Below, piece after piece: positions 1-18,347 of a DNA stretch of 64,000 nucleotides. Position numbers and translations under genes: made by a program. This DNA comes from Glaucostegus cemiculus (taxonomy: Eukaryota), in assembly GCA_976551045.1 (NCBI GenBank), contig CDPCPM010000074.1, positions 13,392,001-13,456,000 on the forward strand. The letters run 5' to 3'. The notes under the pieces are model-generated. The model had not been told where the DNA came from and ran no database searches. It worked only from the letters and a program-made list of their open reading frames with translations. How positions within the stretch are numbered: position 1 is the first letter of the stretch; every line of letters starts with the position of its first letter.

Positions 1-1200
1 TTGGGGATAGTCAGCATGGCTTGGTGCGGATGAGCTCCTGTCTTACAAATTTGCTTGAGTTTTTTGAGGAAGTGATGAAAATGATTGAGGCTGGGGCAGT
101 GAAGTTGTCTGCATGGACTTTAGTAAAGCATTTGACAAGTTCCCTCATGGTAGGCAGGTCCAGAAGATTAAGGCACATGGGATCCACAGTGAGTTGGTAA
201 GTTAGATACAAAATTTGTTTGGTCACAGAAGACAATGTACTGATGTAGAGATGTTTATCTGAGTGGAGGTCTGTGATCAGTGGATCAGTTCTTCATAATA
301 TTTATTGATTTTGATGAAAATGTAGGTGGTCTGATTAGTAAGTTTGCAGATGATATGAAAATTGGTGGAGTTGTAGTTAGAGAAGGTCTTTCAAAGGACA
401 CAGCATGATATAGACCATTTGGAAATTAGTGGAGAAGTGGCAAAGTATAATCAGGACAAGTGAGGTAATGCACTTTTGGGGGTTAAATGCAAGTGGAAAT
501 CTTACAGTAACTGACTAGACCCTTGGAGTATTGATATTGAGGGGTCTTGTGCAAGACCATAGCTCCCTTGAAAGTGGCAACACAAGTGGATAGGGTGCTA
601 AAGAAAGTGTATGGCATGCTTGCCTTCATGGGTCGGGGCATTGAGTATTATAGTTGGCAAGTCATGCTGCAGCTGTTTAAAACTTTAGTTAGGCTACGTT
701 TGGAGTTCTGTGTGCAGTTCTGGTTGCCACACTATAGGAAGGATGTGGAAGCTTTGGACAGGGTGCAAAGTGGTTCACTAGGATGTTTCCTGGATTGGAG
801 TGCATCAACTATAAGAAGAGGTCGGATAGACTTGGATTGTTTTCTTTGGAGTGTCAGAGGCTGAGGGGTGACCTGATAGAAATACACGAGGCAGCAGGTG
901 GATAATCAATTTTTTTTTGAAAGGTTAAACTGTCAGGTATAGGTTTAAGGTGGGGGGGGGGGGGGAAGTTTAAAGGAAATTTGTGATGCAAGTTTTTCTT
1001 TAACACAGTGGTATATGCCTGGAATGCACTGACATGGGAGGTGGTGGAAGCAGATGCGACAGCAATGTTCAAGAGGAATTTAGACAGACATAAACAGAGA
1101 ATAGAGGGATATGGATGTTGTGAAGAGAGATGGGATTAGTTTAAATTGGCATTGTGGCTGGGCCATATGTAATGGGCCGAAGGGCCTGTTTCTGTACTGC
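1..1200 (+). mobile_element. CR1-clade LINE, decayed 3' part (RT C-terminus and 3' UTR)
   Basis: Has KFADD-like AAGTTTGCAGATGAT at ~340. ORF 547-864 reads 'LFKTLVRLRLEFCVQFWLPHYRKDVEAL'. Ends with the 3' stem GGGCCGAAGGGCCTGTTTCTGT at ~1174-1195. Contains many stops and frameshifts. Confidence 0.9.
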
Positions 1201-3190
1201 ACTAGTTTGTTATAGCTTCATTAGAACAGTTTGGCATAAGGGGTAAAGTATCTCTGAAACAACTATTTGTGATGTTTTTGAACAGAGCATTCATTGTCCC
1301 CCTGAGAGTAAATTCCCTGTGGCATGGGCACCAATTTTCTTGAAGCTGCCAACTTCCAATGTGTTTGTTCCAAGTCTTGCATTTCAGAAATATTATGTAA
1401 TAACTTTCCTCCTCCACATCTTGCACAATGTGAGTAGCTGCATTCCCCTAAAGGCAATTCTGTTTTGAAACATGATTTGCAGATACAATTCTTGAAACAA
1501 CCACATGATTGCTTTGTTTTAGTTTTTACTCAGTAAGAGAACAAACTCTGTCATAGTTATAAGGTGTTGTCATGCAAAATTCTAAGCTGCTCTTCATTTA
1601 AATTGCACCAATTGTTTTAGTTGTGGCTGTGCAGGAAATGCTAAATGTGCAGTAGGTAAGCACTTAGCACCGGACTTGATCCATGCAGGGAATTCCTAAT
1701 ATTTAAAAATAAATGGCTTTGGGTTCATGTTTAATTCATTAGAATCATGCAACCCAGCTCTCTTTTGGGGGTGGGGGGGGAAGAGGAGGGAATATTCTCA
1801 GTGAATTGGTTGCGATAAATAGAATAGATAGTATGTGTATTTAAAAAGGAAGCAGAAAATTGCAAAGGAACAGATCTCTTGAGATTTGCTGAAGTTAACT
1901 TTTAATTCTGATTTTAGAAAGCTTGGATTTTTTTCATTTTTAATTTTGGGAGTTGAAATTGGAGCCCAAAGATCCTGAGAAAATTTTGGAGGGGAGTTGT
2001 GGGAAAGAGAATCAGCTCATTTTGGATTTTTTTTTACATTAAGAAATATTTGCAGTTATTTAAATATTAATTCAAGTAATCCAAAATGTTAAAACTATTC
2101 AATCTAGATAAGAAATGGCGAGAGTAAAAAGTTTATGAAGTGATCAGATTAGCTTTGATTCAAAAATTTTAATTGACTTGTTTTGCAAGCTGTTTATGGT
2201 GGATGAAGGAAAAGCAGAAAGGACTACCCAGCTCGCTTTGAAACTCTGAAAACCAAATCCATGTTTTCATTTGATGATTTTTGGCTTTGAAAAATGATTC
2301 TTGAAATCCATGCAACTTGCTTTTATGAAATAGCACTGCTACGTGTATATTATATGTGCCAATGAATATGAAAAATGCAAATTTTATGATTTTCATTGAA
2401 GGGACCTGGGGGAGTTCTGTTTATTTAGGTATAAAATAGAATCTTTCTATAATAACTGAAAATATGCTGAAATGTGTAGGGTATATTTATCAAATCCTAA
2501 CTTTAATAATCAGCAAATGTTGCCCATGAAAGGCAAATGGGAGCATAGACCAGATGGAGATGTGAGAGGGAGACTTTTGAATACTAGTATGCAAGTCATC
2601 AAAAGTTAGTTTACAGAAAAATATAAGTTGTCATACCTCATGTAATGTACAAAAGCATACAGCTGTATCTGTGAAAGAGCCTTTTGAAGTATGTGTTAGG
2701 TATCAGGCTTCTGCCCTGGGGAAGATTACTGGCTTTAGGGGAAGTCAAATAACAGTCATGAAAATAGTGAACAAGGATTTGACTCTGATCAGAAACTAGG
2801 AAAGCCTCTGTTTATCTTTAATAGAAATTAAATTAAGGAGCAAGTTGGCTAAGAAGAATGTAGAATGGGGGCTAGTTCTTGCCACTAATAGTGGCATTGG
2901 GAACAAGGGAACACAATCTTAAAATCTCAACTAAATGTAATTTGAGGGAATATATTTTGAGTCCAGAATGTCAATTTGCTGACTGTAAAAGGGACACAGA
3001 TGCTTATGAATTAGCACTAAGAATGCACATTAGACAAGAATTGTGATTTAAAAGTGTTCTTACAGACAACAAAGTAGCAAATGATCTCTTGCTTCTCTCT
3101 CCCTACTAAGCTAGTAAAGAAGATTTTCACGAGTTCTCTGCAAACAGCTCCCCAGAAGGAACAACACTAACACTATGTTTTCTGTTGCAG

Positions 3191-3357
3191 GATTTTTTAT
3201 CGTGATGTTGTGCCTATTGACTGTTTATGCAAAAGATGCTTTGTTGGAGGGGAAACCCTGGTCCATATGCTTGCTGCTTGTAGTGATTCTTCTCTGTGCA
3301 GTTTTCACTTTCATCATCTGGAGACAACCAGAAAGCAAAGCAATACTCTCATTTAAG
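3191..3357 (+). CDS. SLC7A1: Cationic amino acid transporter 1, antepenultimate coding exon (167 bp)
   Basis: Splice sites ttgcag|GA...TTTAAG|gtagg. Encodes hydrophobic TM segments and 'IIWRQPESKAILSFK', which is characteristic of CAT-1. Phase is consistent with the next exon. Confidence 0.93.
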
Positions 3358-3468
3358 GTAGGCTTCCTAATTGGCTTCCGTTACAGCTTGAGTTGCTTGA
3401 CTGATTTCTCTTGATTAAAGTGTTTGTAAATGTCCCATTTCTGTGTATTTCATTGTTATGATTTTCAG

Positions 3469-3577
3469 GTACCTCTCTTACCCTGTTTACCTGTTGTGAG
3501 CATTCTTGTGAATGTGTACCTAATGATGCAGTTGGACAGAGGCACTTGGATACGCTTTGCTATCTGGATGGTAATAG
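3469..3577 (+). CDS. SLC7A1: CAT-1 penultimate coding exon (109 bp)
   Basis: Splice sites ttttcag|GTACCT...ATAG|gtgag. Translates [37 protein letters not shown]. 'LMMQLD.GTW.RFA.WM' is CAT-1-like; CAT-2 has LMVQLSADTW. Not in the ORF track. Confidence 0.95.
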
Positions 3578-3984
3578 GTGAGAAAGAAAATATTTATATC
3601 TTTTAGATGTGCTTTTCTCACCATTTTGTAGTGAAAACACTTTAAGGCGACCCCCATGATATTGTGGGGGGTTTGCGTTTCTAGGAAACAGCCTGAGTCA
3701 TGATTCTCAGTCAAGTGAAGTCTTGTCACCTGTGCATGTGTCAAGAAATCAGAGTTTGGGGGAAAATTGCTGTTTTCCCCCAGCTAAGTTGTATGAGAGC
3801 GAATTTTGATCCATTTCTCAAATTCTTGGGTAGTGATTTGTGAATTCTGTGAGGGCAAATTTATGTTACCCTAATGGCTGTAACATGGGGGTCACCTGTA
3901 TAACCAATTAATATTTTTTGAAGTTTCTTGTTCAGTAGTTATGTCAGAAATAGGATTGAGGGAAATGACAAGTTGCTCTGCTTT

Positions 3985-4095
3985 GGTGACATTGAGGATA
4001 AATACTTGTCGGGCCACTAGCCTTGCTCTTCTTTAAGAAGTGCATTTGGATCAGTTTTGTCCAGCTAACCTGACTTAATGTAACATTTGATCTAT
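3985..4095 (-). mobile_element. Ancient Deu-domain SINE relic (SacSINE/AmnSINE superfamily)
   Basis: GAGGATAAATACTTGTCGG...TGCTCTTCTTTAAGAAGTGCATTTGGATC...TTAATGTAACAT resembles the reverse complement of the Deu core as I recall it. Similar relics lie at 29570-29730 and 33105-33220. Confidence 0.5.
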
Positions 4096-4649
4096 CTTTC
4101 TATCCACCTGCATGAGAGGACTCCAGTACTGATGTGCATTGCATCTCCAGCATCAGCAAGGCAGGGGCCACACTGGCTGTCGAGGTCTCTGCAGCACTGA
4201 GCTACTTATGGCTCTGTGTGGGTTAATGGAGTTGCATCACCACAGATTGGTGATGGAAGGAATAGGCACTAAGTATTGTCCACATTGACTTATTTCTGAC
4301 AGGCCTGAGTGTGTACCATGCATTTCATTTTGCATATTCCCCAGTTGTTTTGCCTCACCTTTCCGTCATTGACCAGGGAGTTAACTAGATCAGAAATTCT
4401 GGCTGCAACAGCAGTTCACTGGCTGGTTGTCCTGCAGTGAGCTCCTTGCCTTCATTAAGTTGTATGTTGGAATGTTCTCCATTTCCTTGAGTGCAGCTCC
4501 AACATCATTCGACAGGCTCTGCACCATCCAGGACAAAGCAGCCAGCTTGATTTGATACTGATCTTTCTACCCTAAATGTTCACTCCTACTGCTGCACCAT
4601 GGCCATCTTAAAACCAAATACTTGCACGTTTCCAGGGTTTCCTCTACAT

Positions 4650-7270
4650 CAGTGGTTTTCAACCTTTTTCATGCTGCGGACCCCCAGAGCATGTCATTGT
4701 TAGATGGCAGACCCCCAAAGCCCACAATATCAAACAACCAATAATTCACGCATACAACACTTAAATTACTGCACACAGGCCCTATTGAAATAGTGACTAT
4801 TTCAGTCACCAATAATTACCAGCGGTGTCTTTCAGTGTTCAGTTCAATGTGAAGGTTGTACCTGTTTTGCACTGCAAAGTATGTCCAAACAATGTGGTAT
4901 GTGCAGGAAACATGCGTGTATGTCATCCTCAATATTCATTCTTGACCTGTGTTTGGTTTTCATGGCAGTGACTGCAGAAAATGCTATTTTGCACAAGTAA
5001 GTGGTTGCAAATGGTAACAGAACATTGACGGCTTTGCCGGACAGCAGTGGATACTCCTGGGAACATGCTATCCAGAACAACAACAGTGACATTCGGTTGA
5101 ACTGCAAGCGCAAAGTCCTGTCAGATGATAGTTCACCCAGTTCTTCTTGTTCATGTCCAGTTAAATCAGTAAGCAAGCATTCAAACAGATTTCGAATCCA
5201 ATCAAACATGCTTGTGTCATCGTCGCTGAAATACTCATGGAAATAATGTGACAGCTGTTGAATATGGTTCAAAACGGTGCTCTCAATGGCCTCTGTCTTA
5301 GTCTCATTCACTGTCAGAAAGTCAGTCAGCAACAGAAGCGTATCATAGACGCCTTGCTCGCATCTTCCCTTCCAGATACGGAGCTTTTTCTGGAAGGCAT
5401 TGATTTTTGTCATGCATTTTCAGAACATTTGTTGAAAATATCTTCAAGATAAGCTAATCTGTCAACCTACGTCTCATCTGTCAAGAACTGTGCCAGTGAT
5501 TTTAAAATATCACAAGATCACAAGATCACAAGGTAATGGAGCAGAAGCAGGCCAGTCGGCCCATCGAGTCTGCTCCAAAGGGAAGGGAAGGGGGGGGGGG
5601 GGGGGGGGAAATAAACCTACTATTCTAAGTCCAAATCCCTGCCTTATCTCCATATCCCCTGATACCTTGACCAATTAGATATCTATCTATTTCCTTCTTG
5701 AATATCCCCAATGATCTGGCTTCCACTGCTCTCTGTGGTAAGGAGTTCCACAGGTTCACCACCTGTGAGCAGTTCATCTCGTAATTCATATACACACTGC
5801 ACAATGCGGCCTCGTGACAACCATCTGACTTCTGTATGTAGCAACAAATACTTATGTTCGGCTTCCATTTCACGGCATATATTTTCAAACAAACAATGAT
5901 TGAGCAGCCTGGCTTTGATAAAGTTAACGATTTTAATGTACGTGGAAAACACATCCGCAAAATTTTCACCCATATCCTTTGCAGCCAAAGCCTCGTGCTG
6001 TGGGTTGCTGCTACATGTGGTGCTACTTCTTTCACTCGTGCGACTGGACCAGACTTCCGTCCCGTCATTGCGACAGCACCATCCGTGCATACTCCAATAC
6101 ACTTGTGTCCACGTCAATGCCAATTGTACAAAAAGTGTCAAGCACATGGAAAAGTTCTTCACTGGTTTTACGCCCTGGGAGCAACTTGCAAAACAAAGTC
6201 TTCCAAAGCCTCTCCTTCCCAGCAATATCAAACATAAACCAACAACTGGCAACATCAGTACTTTCATCGAGCTGAATCGCAAATCTGACTTGCTGAAGAC
6301 AATGCTATCAGCTGGCTCTGTACGTCTTCTGCCATATCACCAATTCTTCTGCTTACTGTGTTATCAGACAGTGGAATGGCTTTCAGTTTTTGACTGGTTT
6401 CTTTTCCCAGTACAACTTCGTACATATCTACTGCCGCTTCTCCAATTGTGAGGCTTTCTGGAACGTGCTATTTGTAATGCTACCAGATATGATGCACACA
6501 GAGCCTTCTCATTTACAGTGGCACAGGCTGTCATTTTGCCTTTCTGCTTGAGTTACAGCTCCTTTTGCCACTCAAAATATTCCTTTAGCTTACTGGCAGT
6601 TTCTGGATGCACTGTTGTTAAATGGTTCTTCAATTTTGCTTGTTTCATTGCATCGTTGGACAGCGTTTGCAAACACAACACAGAGGTTGGTCCGCATTTG
6701 TCCCCACTGTGATGAAGCCATATGAAATGTATTCTGGATCGTACTTGTGTTGATTTCTCTTTCAGTCAACCTTATCCCCTTTGTCATCAGAATCTTCCGG
6801 TTTCTGTTCAGCTTTTCTCTTCAGAAATTTCTCCATATTCAGCAATACACACTGGACAGTTTACTATTACTGATAAACAAAATTATCTAAAATTTTTAAA
6901 ATTAAACTTTACACACTTGTGCACTTTTCGTTTAACAGTGACGTCACTGTAGCGTAAGCAATATTATGAAGGCAGACCAACTACGTCACTCGGTCTCGTT
7001 AACAGTAGTGCACAACAGAATAGTAGTCAGTAGTGAACACCACTGACTACACAAACTGAATATTAAGTAGCAGCTTACCAGAAGGGACACTGTCCAAGTC
7101 CTTTAAGATTGTCGCCTGTAACAGGTAGAATAGATATGGCCGATTTTTCTGAATAGTGGAAAACTGGAGCAAGCAAGTAAGCTACGTCTTTGTAACAGGC
7201 TCTTACATTTTTTTTCTTGGCTTGCTCATGGACCCCCAGGGATCCGTGGACCACAGGTTGAAAACCTCTG
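4650..7270 (-). mobile_element. Full-length hAT DNA transposon, Buster/Charlie type (transposase pseudogenised)
   Basis: TIRs CAGTGGTTTTCAACCT and revcomp CAGAGGTTTTCAACCT (15/16). 8-bp TSD ctcTAcat (4642-4649) / cccTAcat (7271-7278). Transposase pieces: 'LCLQTLSNDAMKQAKLKNHLTTVHP' (~6600-6690), 'LLLHTEVRWLSRG' and 'LLPFATTYLCKIAFS...QPSH'. Confidence 0.95.
5509..5763 (-). mobile_element. Young 5'-truncated CR1 nested inside the hAT transposase
   Basis: Encodes 'VVNLWNSLPQRAVEARSLGIFKKEIDRYLIGQGIRGYGDKAGIWT'. Has an (ATCACAAG)3 tail at 5509-5532. Nearly identical to 43927-44176. Confidence 0.95.
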
Positions 7271-7464
7271 CCCTACATGTCCCAAACCTGCATCTTGAAG
7301 GAAACAGATGGCAGGTATATGGGAGCAGCATCACCTGCAGGTTCCCATGCAAACTGCATCTTCCTCACTTTTCAATATATTACCATGAGTTCATCGTGGC
7401 ACTCCCTGTTCAAAAACACTGAATAAAGTCAGCTAATGGTCCTATAGGATTTTATTTTAAGATA

Positions 7465-7715
7465 TCTTCATTTGTCACATGTACATGGAAGCACACAGTG
7501 AAATGCATCTTTCATGTAGAGTGCTCTGGGTGCAGCCTGCAAGTGTCGCCACGTTTCCAACGCCAACATCACATCCCACAACTTCCTAACCCGTACGTCT
7601 TCAGAATGTGGGAGGAAACCAGAACACCCAGAGGAAACCCACGCAGACGGGGAGAACGTACACACTCCTTACAGACAGTGACGGGAATTGAACCTGGGTC
7701 GCTGGTGCTGTTAAC
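7465..7715 (-). mobile_element. tRNA-derived V-SINE (HE1-like) with Rex1/Babar-like tail
   Basis: On the minus strand: B-box GGTTCAATTCCC, V-domain GCGTGGGTTTCCTCTGGGTGTTCTGGTTTCCTCCCACATTC, and tail TTTCACTGTGTG...GTACATGTGACAAAT. Confidence 0.85.
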
Positions 7716-8179
7716 TATAATTGGCTGAATTACATTAGAGTCTGGTTTCAAGGTCTAGGTTGCACTAATTCCTAATAGAGTGGAGAAATAGAGTATCTTT
7801 ATTTATTTGAACTGTGATCATAAAATAACACAGGAACAGGCCATGTATCCAAATGGCTTCTGCTTGTACTTGTCCTGAGCATCCACCATCCAGCTTCATC
7901 TAACTCTCCCCTTCCATTTCTTTCTTCCTTGTGCGCACATCCATCTTCGCACACTGGCATTTGCCACACCTACTGAAATAATATTCCTGGACAAATGATC
8001 TGGAGATATTAAACTACTGAACTTGCAGCCGGTTAGATCTGAAATTAAGCTAATATTTGTAATAACAATCATGAAACTGACAATGTTGCATAAAAATGTC
8101 CAGTTCACTTGTCATGTCAGGAAGGGAATCTGTTCTTGCCCTGTTTTGTATGTTGCTCTGGACCTACAAAAATGGCCAT

Positions 8180-9552
8180 AACTATTTTCCGGGGAATTAT
8201 AGACCGGTGAGTCTCACGTCTGTGGTGGGTAAGGTGTTAGAAAGGATTCTAAGGGATAGGATCTATGAACACCTGGAGAGTCATGGACTGATTAGGGACA
8301 GTCAGCATGGCTTTGTGAAGGGAAGATCTTGCCTCACGAGCCTGATAGAATTCTCTGAGGAGGTGGCGAGGAAGATTGAGGGCAGTGCGGTGAATGTGGT
8401 CTACGTGGATTTTAGTAAGACGTTTGATAAGGTTCCTCATGGTAGGCTTCAGAAGATCAGAGGTCAAGGCATCCAGGGGAGATTGGCTGTGTGGATCAGG
8501 AATTGGCTTGTCTGTAGAAAGCAGAGGGTTGTGGTGGAGGGAGTGTCCTCGGATTGGAGGGCTGTGACTAGTGGTGTCCTGCAGGGATCGGTTCTGGGAC
8601 CTCTACTCTTTGTTATATTTATAGATGACTTAGATGAAGGGGTGGAAGGATGGGTTGGTAAGTTTGCGGATGACATCAAGATCGGCGGTGTGGTGGATAG
8701 TGTGGAGGACTGTCGGAGCTTACAGAGGGATATTGATAGGATGCAGAACTGGGTGGACAGGTGGCAGATGGAGTTTAATCTGGAGAAGTGTGAAGTGGTA
8801 CACTTTGGTAGGACAAACTCCAGGGTGGAGTACAAGGTAAATGGCAAGTAGAGGAGCAGAGGGATCGGGGGGTTCATATCCATAGTTCACTCAAAGTTGC
8901 CTCGCAGGTGGATAGGGCAGTTAAGAAGGCTTATGGGATGTTAGCTTTTATAAATTATGGGATTGAATTCAAGAACCGAGAGGTGATGATGCTGATTTAC
9001 AAAATTCTAGTTAGACGGCACTTAGAGTATGGTGTTCATTTCTGGTTGCCACATTATGGGAAGGATGTGAAGGCGTTGGAGAAGGTACAGAGGTGATTTA
9101 CCAGGATGATGCCTGGATTAGAGGGTATGGAATATGAGGAGAGGCTTAAGGTGCTAGGGCTCTACTTGTTGGACAGGAGGAGGATGAGAGGGGACTTGAT
9201 AGAGGTGTTTAAGATATTGAGAGGAATAGATAGAGTGACAGCCAGTGCCTCTTTCCCAGAGCACAGTTGCTCAAGATGAGAGGGCATGGCTTTAAGATAT
9301 TGGGTGTAAAGTTCAGGGGAGATGTCAGGGAGGTTTTTCACCCAGGGAGTGGTTGGTGCATGGAATACACTGCCTGGGGTGGTGGTGGAGGCAGATACGT
9401 TGGACAGGTTCAAGGGATTGTTAGATAGGCATATGGAGGAATGTGGGATAGAGGGATATGTGGGAGGAAAGAGATGGTGTGACGTTTGAAGGATGGCACA
9501 GTTTGGTGGGCCAAAGGGCCTGTTTTGTGCTGTATTGTTCTATGGTTCTATT
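8180..9552 (+). mobile_element. CR1 LINE, 5'-truncated (RT domain to 3' tail)
   Basis: ORF 8096-8851 contains PGNYRPVSLTS, QHGFVKGRSCLT, QGSVLGPLLF and KFADD. Tail reads ATTGTTCTATGGTTCTAT. Confidence 0.95.
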
Positions 9553-9673
9553 TGTTAGCTACTCCTGAAGCTGCTTATTTGCACCTAACCATTGTGAGAA
9601 AGATCCACTACTTTCAGGTGATTAGGCAATCAGTGCTGCACTCCTTGGCCATATCCATGTACTCTGAATCTTA

Positions 9674-9727
9674 AAATGTAGCAAGTTCCACTGTTGGTAG
9701 AAATGTAGCAAGTTCCACTGTTGGTAA
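9674..9727. repeat. 27-bp tandem duplication
   Basis: AAATGTAGCAAGTTCCACTGTTGGTA(G/A) x2. Confidence 0.95.
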
Positions 9728-10310
9728 AAACAAAATCTGTAGAAGGCATAAATTCTGTTCAGTATCGCATGTTATAATGATGTGCATCAGGATGTTGCCA
9801 GATAAATTTTTTGTACTTGGCACTGGACAAAAAAAAGTCCTCAGCAAGACCAAAAGAAGTTTTTAAATTGTTGCATTATTCACACAAAGGAATAACTGGT
9901 TCAAACAAAATGATTACAGTGATTTTAGAATTATTTATTAGGAAAATTTCTGTAATAAATGTAAAGATAAAAGGTTGCATAGTTCAGTGTTGTGGATGCT
10001 GTTGAGAAGTAAATCAGGCTGTGCAGCAAGAACTGGTAAATGGGGTTCATATAGATGGGCACCTGGTTGTCAGCAGGGATGGGTTGGGCTGAACAGCCTG
10101 TGAGTGTTCTATGCATAACTTTCATCAAACAAGTCTTTTATTTTAAACCTTCTGATTGTAAATGTTAAAATGAGGAAATGCTGTGACAATGAAGAAACAA
10201 TTGTCAGATCATTTAAAAAAATTGTTAGGAAATTTATAGCTTGTATGGTTTCAGTTTTCAGGATGAAGTTAAATTTGAAATAAGAGCCTTTCATTTCCTT
10301 TTTCTGACAG

Positions 10311-10513
10311 GATGCGTTATTTACTTTGCTTATGGAATACGGAACAGCTCAGAGTCCAGTTCTTCAAGTCTCCCAAGTGATAGAACTTCAAGGGTGTTTA
10401 AGGACACAGTGAGTGCACCAAATGGCGAGGCAGTACCTCCAGAGAAGGAAGCTTTCCTGCATGATATCGACGAATACGCTGCAGATAATAGGAACAGAGA
10501 GGATGATGTTTAA
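10311..10513 (+). CDS. SLC7A1: CAT-1 last coding exon, to stop TAA
   Basis: Polypyrimidine tract and tttctgacag|GA. Translates (G)CVIYFAYGIRNSSE...PEKEAFLHDIDEYAADNRNREDDV*. Phase 1 matches the previous exon. Confidence 0.93.
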
Positions 10514-17900
<7,387 letters not shown>

Positions 17901-18102
17901 CAATTCATCTGGCCATTATTTAGTGTACATTATTCAGCTACTGACTCAACAGGTAAAGATATTACAATTGATAACAAATATTAAAAAATGTTGATTTTAC
18001 TTTTTGAATTTACTGCAAAGTATCCATATGATCTGATTTGTATCATTGTGCTTACTACTGTTCTGGGTCAGGTGTGTTTCCTCTGAACACATTTCTGAAT
18101 TT

Positions 18103-18347
18103 TAGTAGAACTCCATTAATCTGGCACATGTGGGCCTTTCACGCTTGATTGGTAGGTTTTCTGGGGTATTGGATGTTGTTTGAATTAATACTCCAACTTG
18201 TGTTTTAGTTGTTATGCTGTATATAATAAAATTTTCAGCAAACCTAGTACCTTTTAAAGGGAATGCAGGAACTGGGGCCTGGTGAGCCTAATACTGAAAC
18301 CTCGGGGTTTCCGAACAATTGGACAGCTGATTATTAGAGTTTCACTG
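18103..18347. mobile_element. Tigger/pogo-like MITE relic
   Basis: Imperfect TIRs TAGTAGAACTCCATTAATC and revcomp CAGTGAAACTCTAATAATC; TA follows the right end. Confidence 0.55.

Larger units (their letters stand above)
4490..7400 (+). mobile_element. Old LINE 3' fragment split by the hAT (pieces ~4490-4641 and ~7279-7400)
   Basis: The left piece 'GTGCAGCTCCAACA...CACCATCCAGGACAAAGCAGCC' and the right piece 'ATGGGAGCAGCATCACCTGCAGGTTCCC' look like consecutive parts of one decayed CR1/L2-group element. Confidence 0.5.

Noticed and set aside
3571-3579. Alternative donor GTAAT 7 nt upstream of the GTGAG donor
   Set aside because: It would frameshift the last transmembrane segment, and there is no evidence of use.
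4844-6760. Domesticated ZBED5/ZBED8/SCAND3-like gene
   Set aside because: TIRs and TSD are present, and the ORF is broken by stops, frameshifts and a CR1. It is a dead transposon.
9674-9727. CRISPR-like repeat (also the 21-bp duplication at 39133-39173)
   Set aside because: Two adjacent copies with no spacer in a eukaryotic intron: simple slippage duplications.
3191-10513. SLC7A2/MTUS1 or SLC7A3 identity
   Set aside because: RQPESK..LSFK and LMMQLD.GTW match CAT-1. The neighbouring gene has the MTUS2-specific KEKELSIELA.IRDEV and [13 protein letters not shown].
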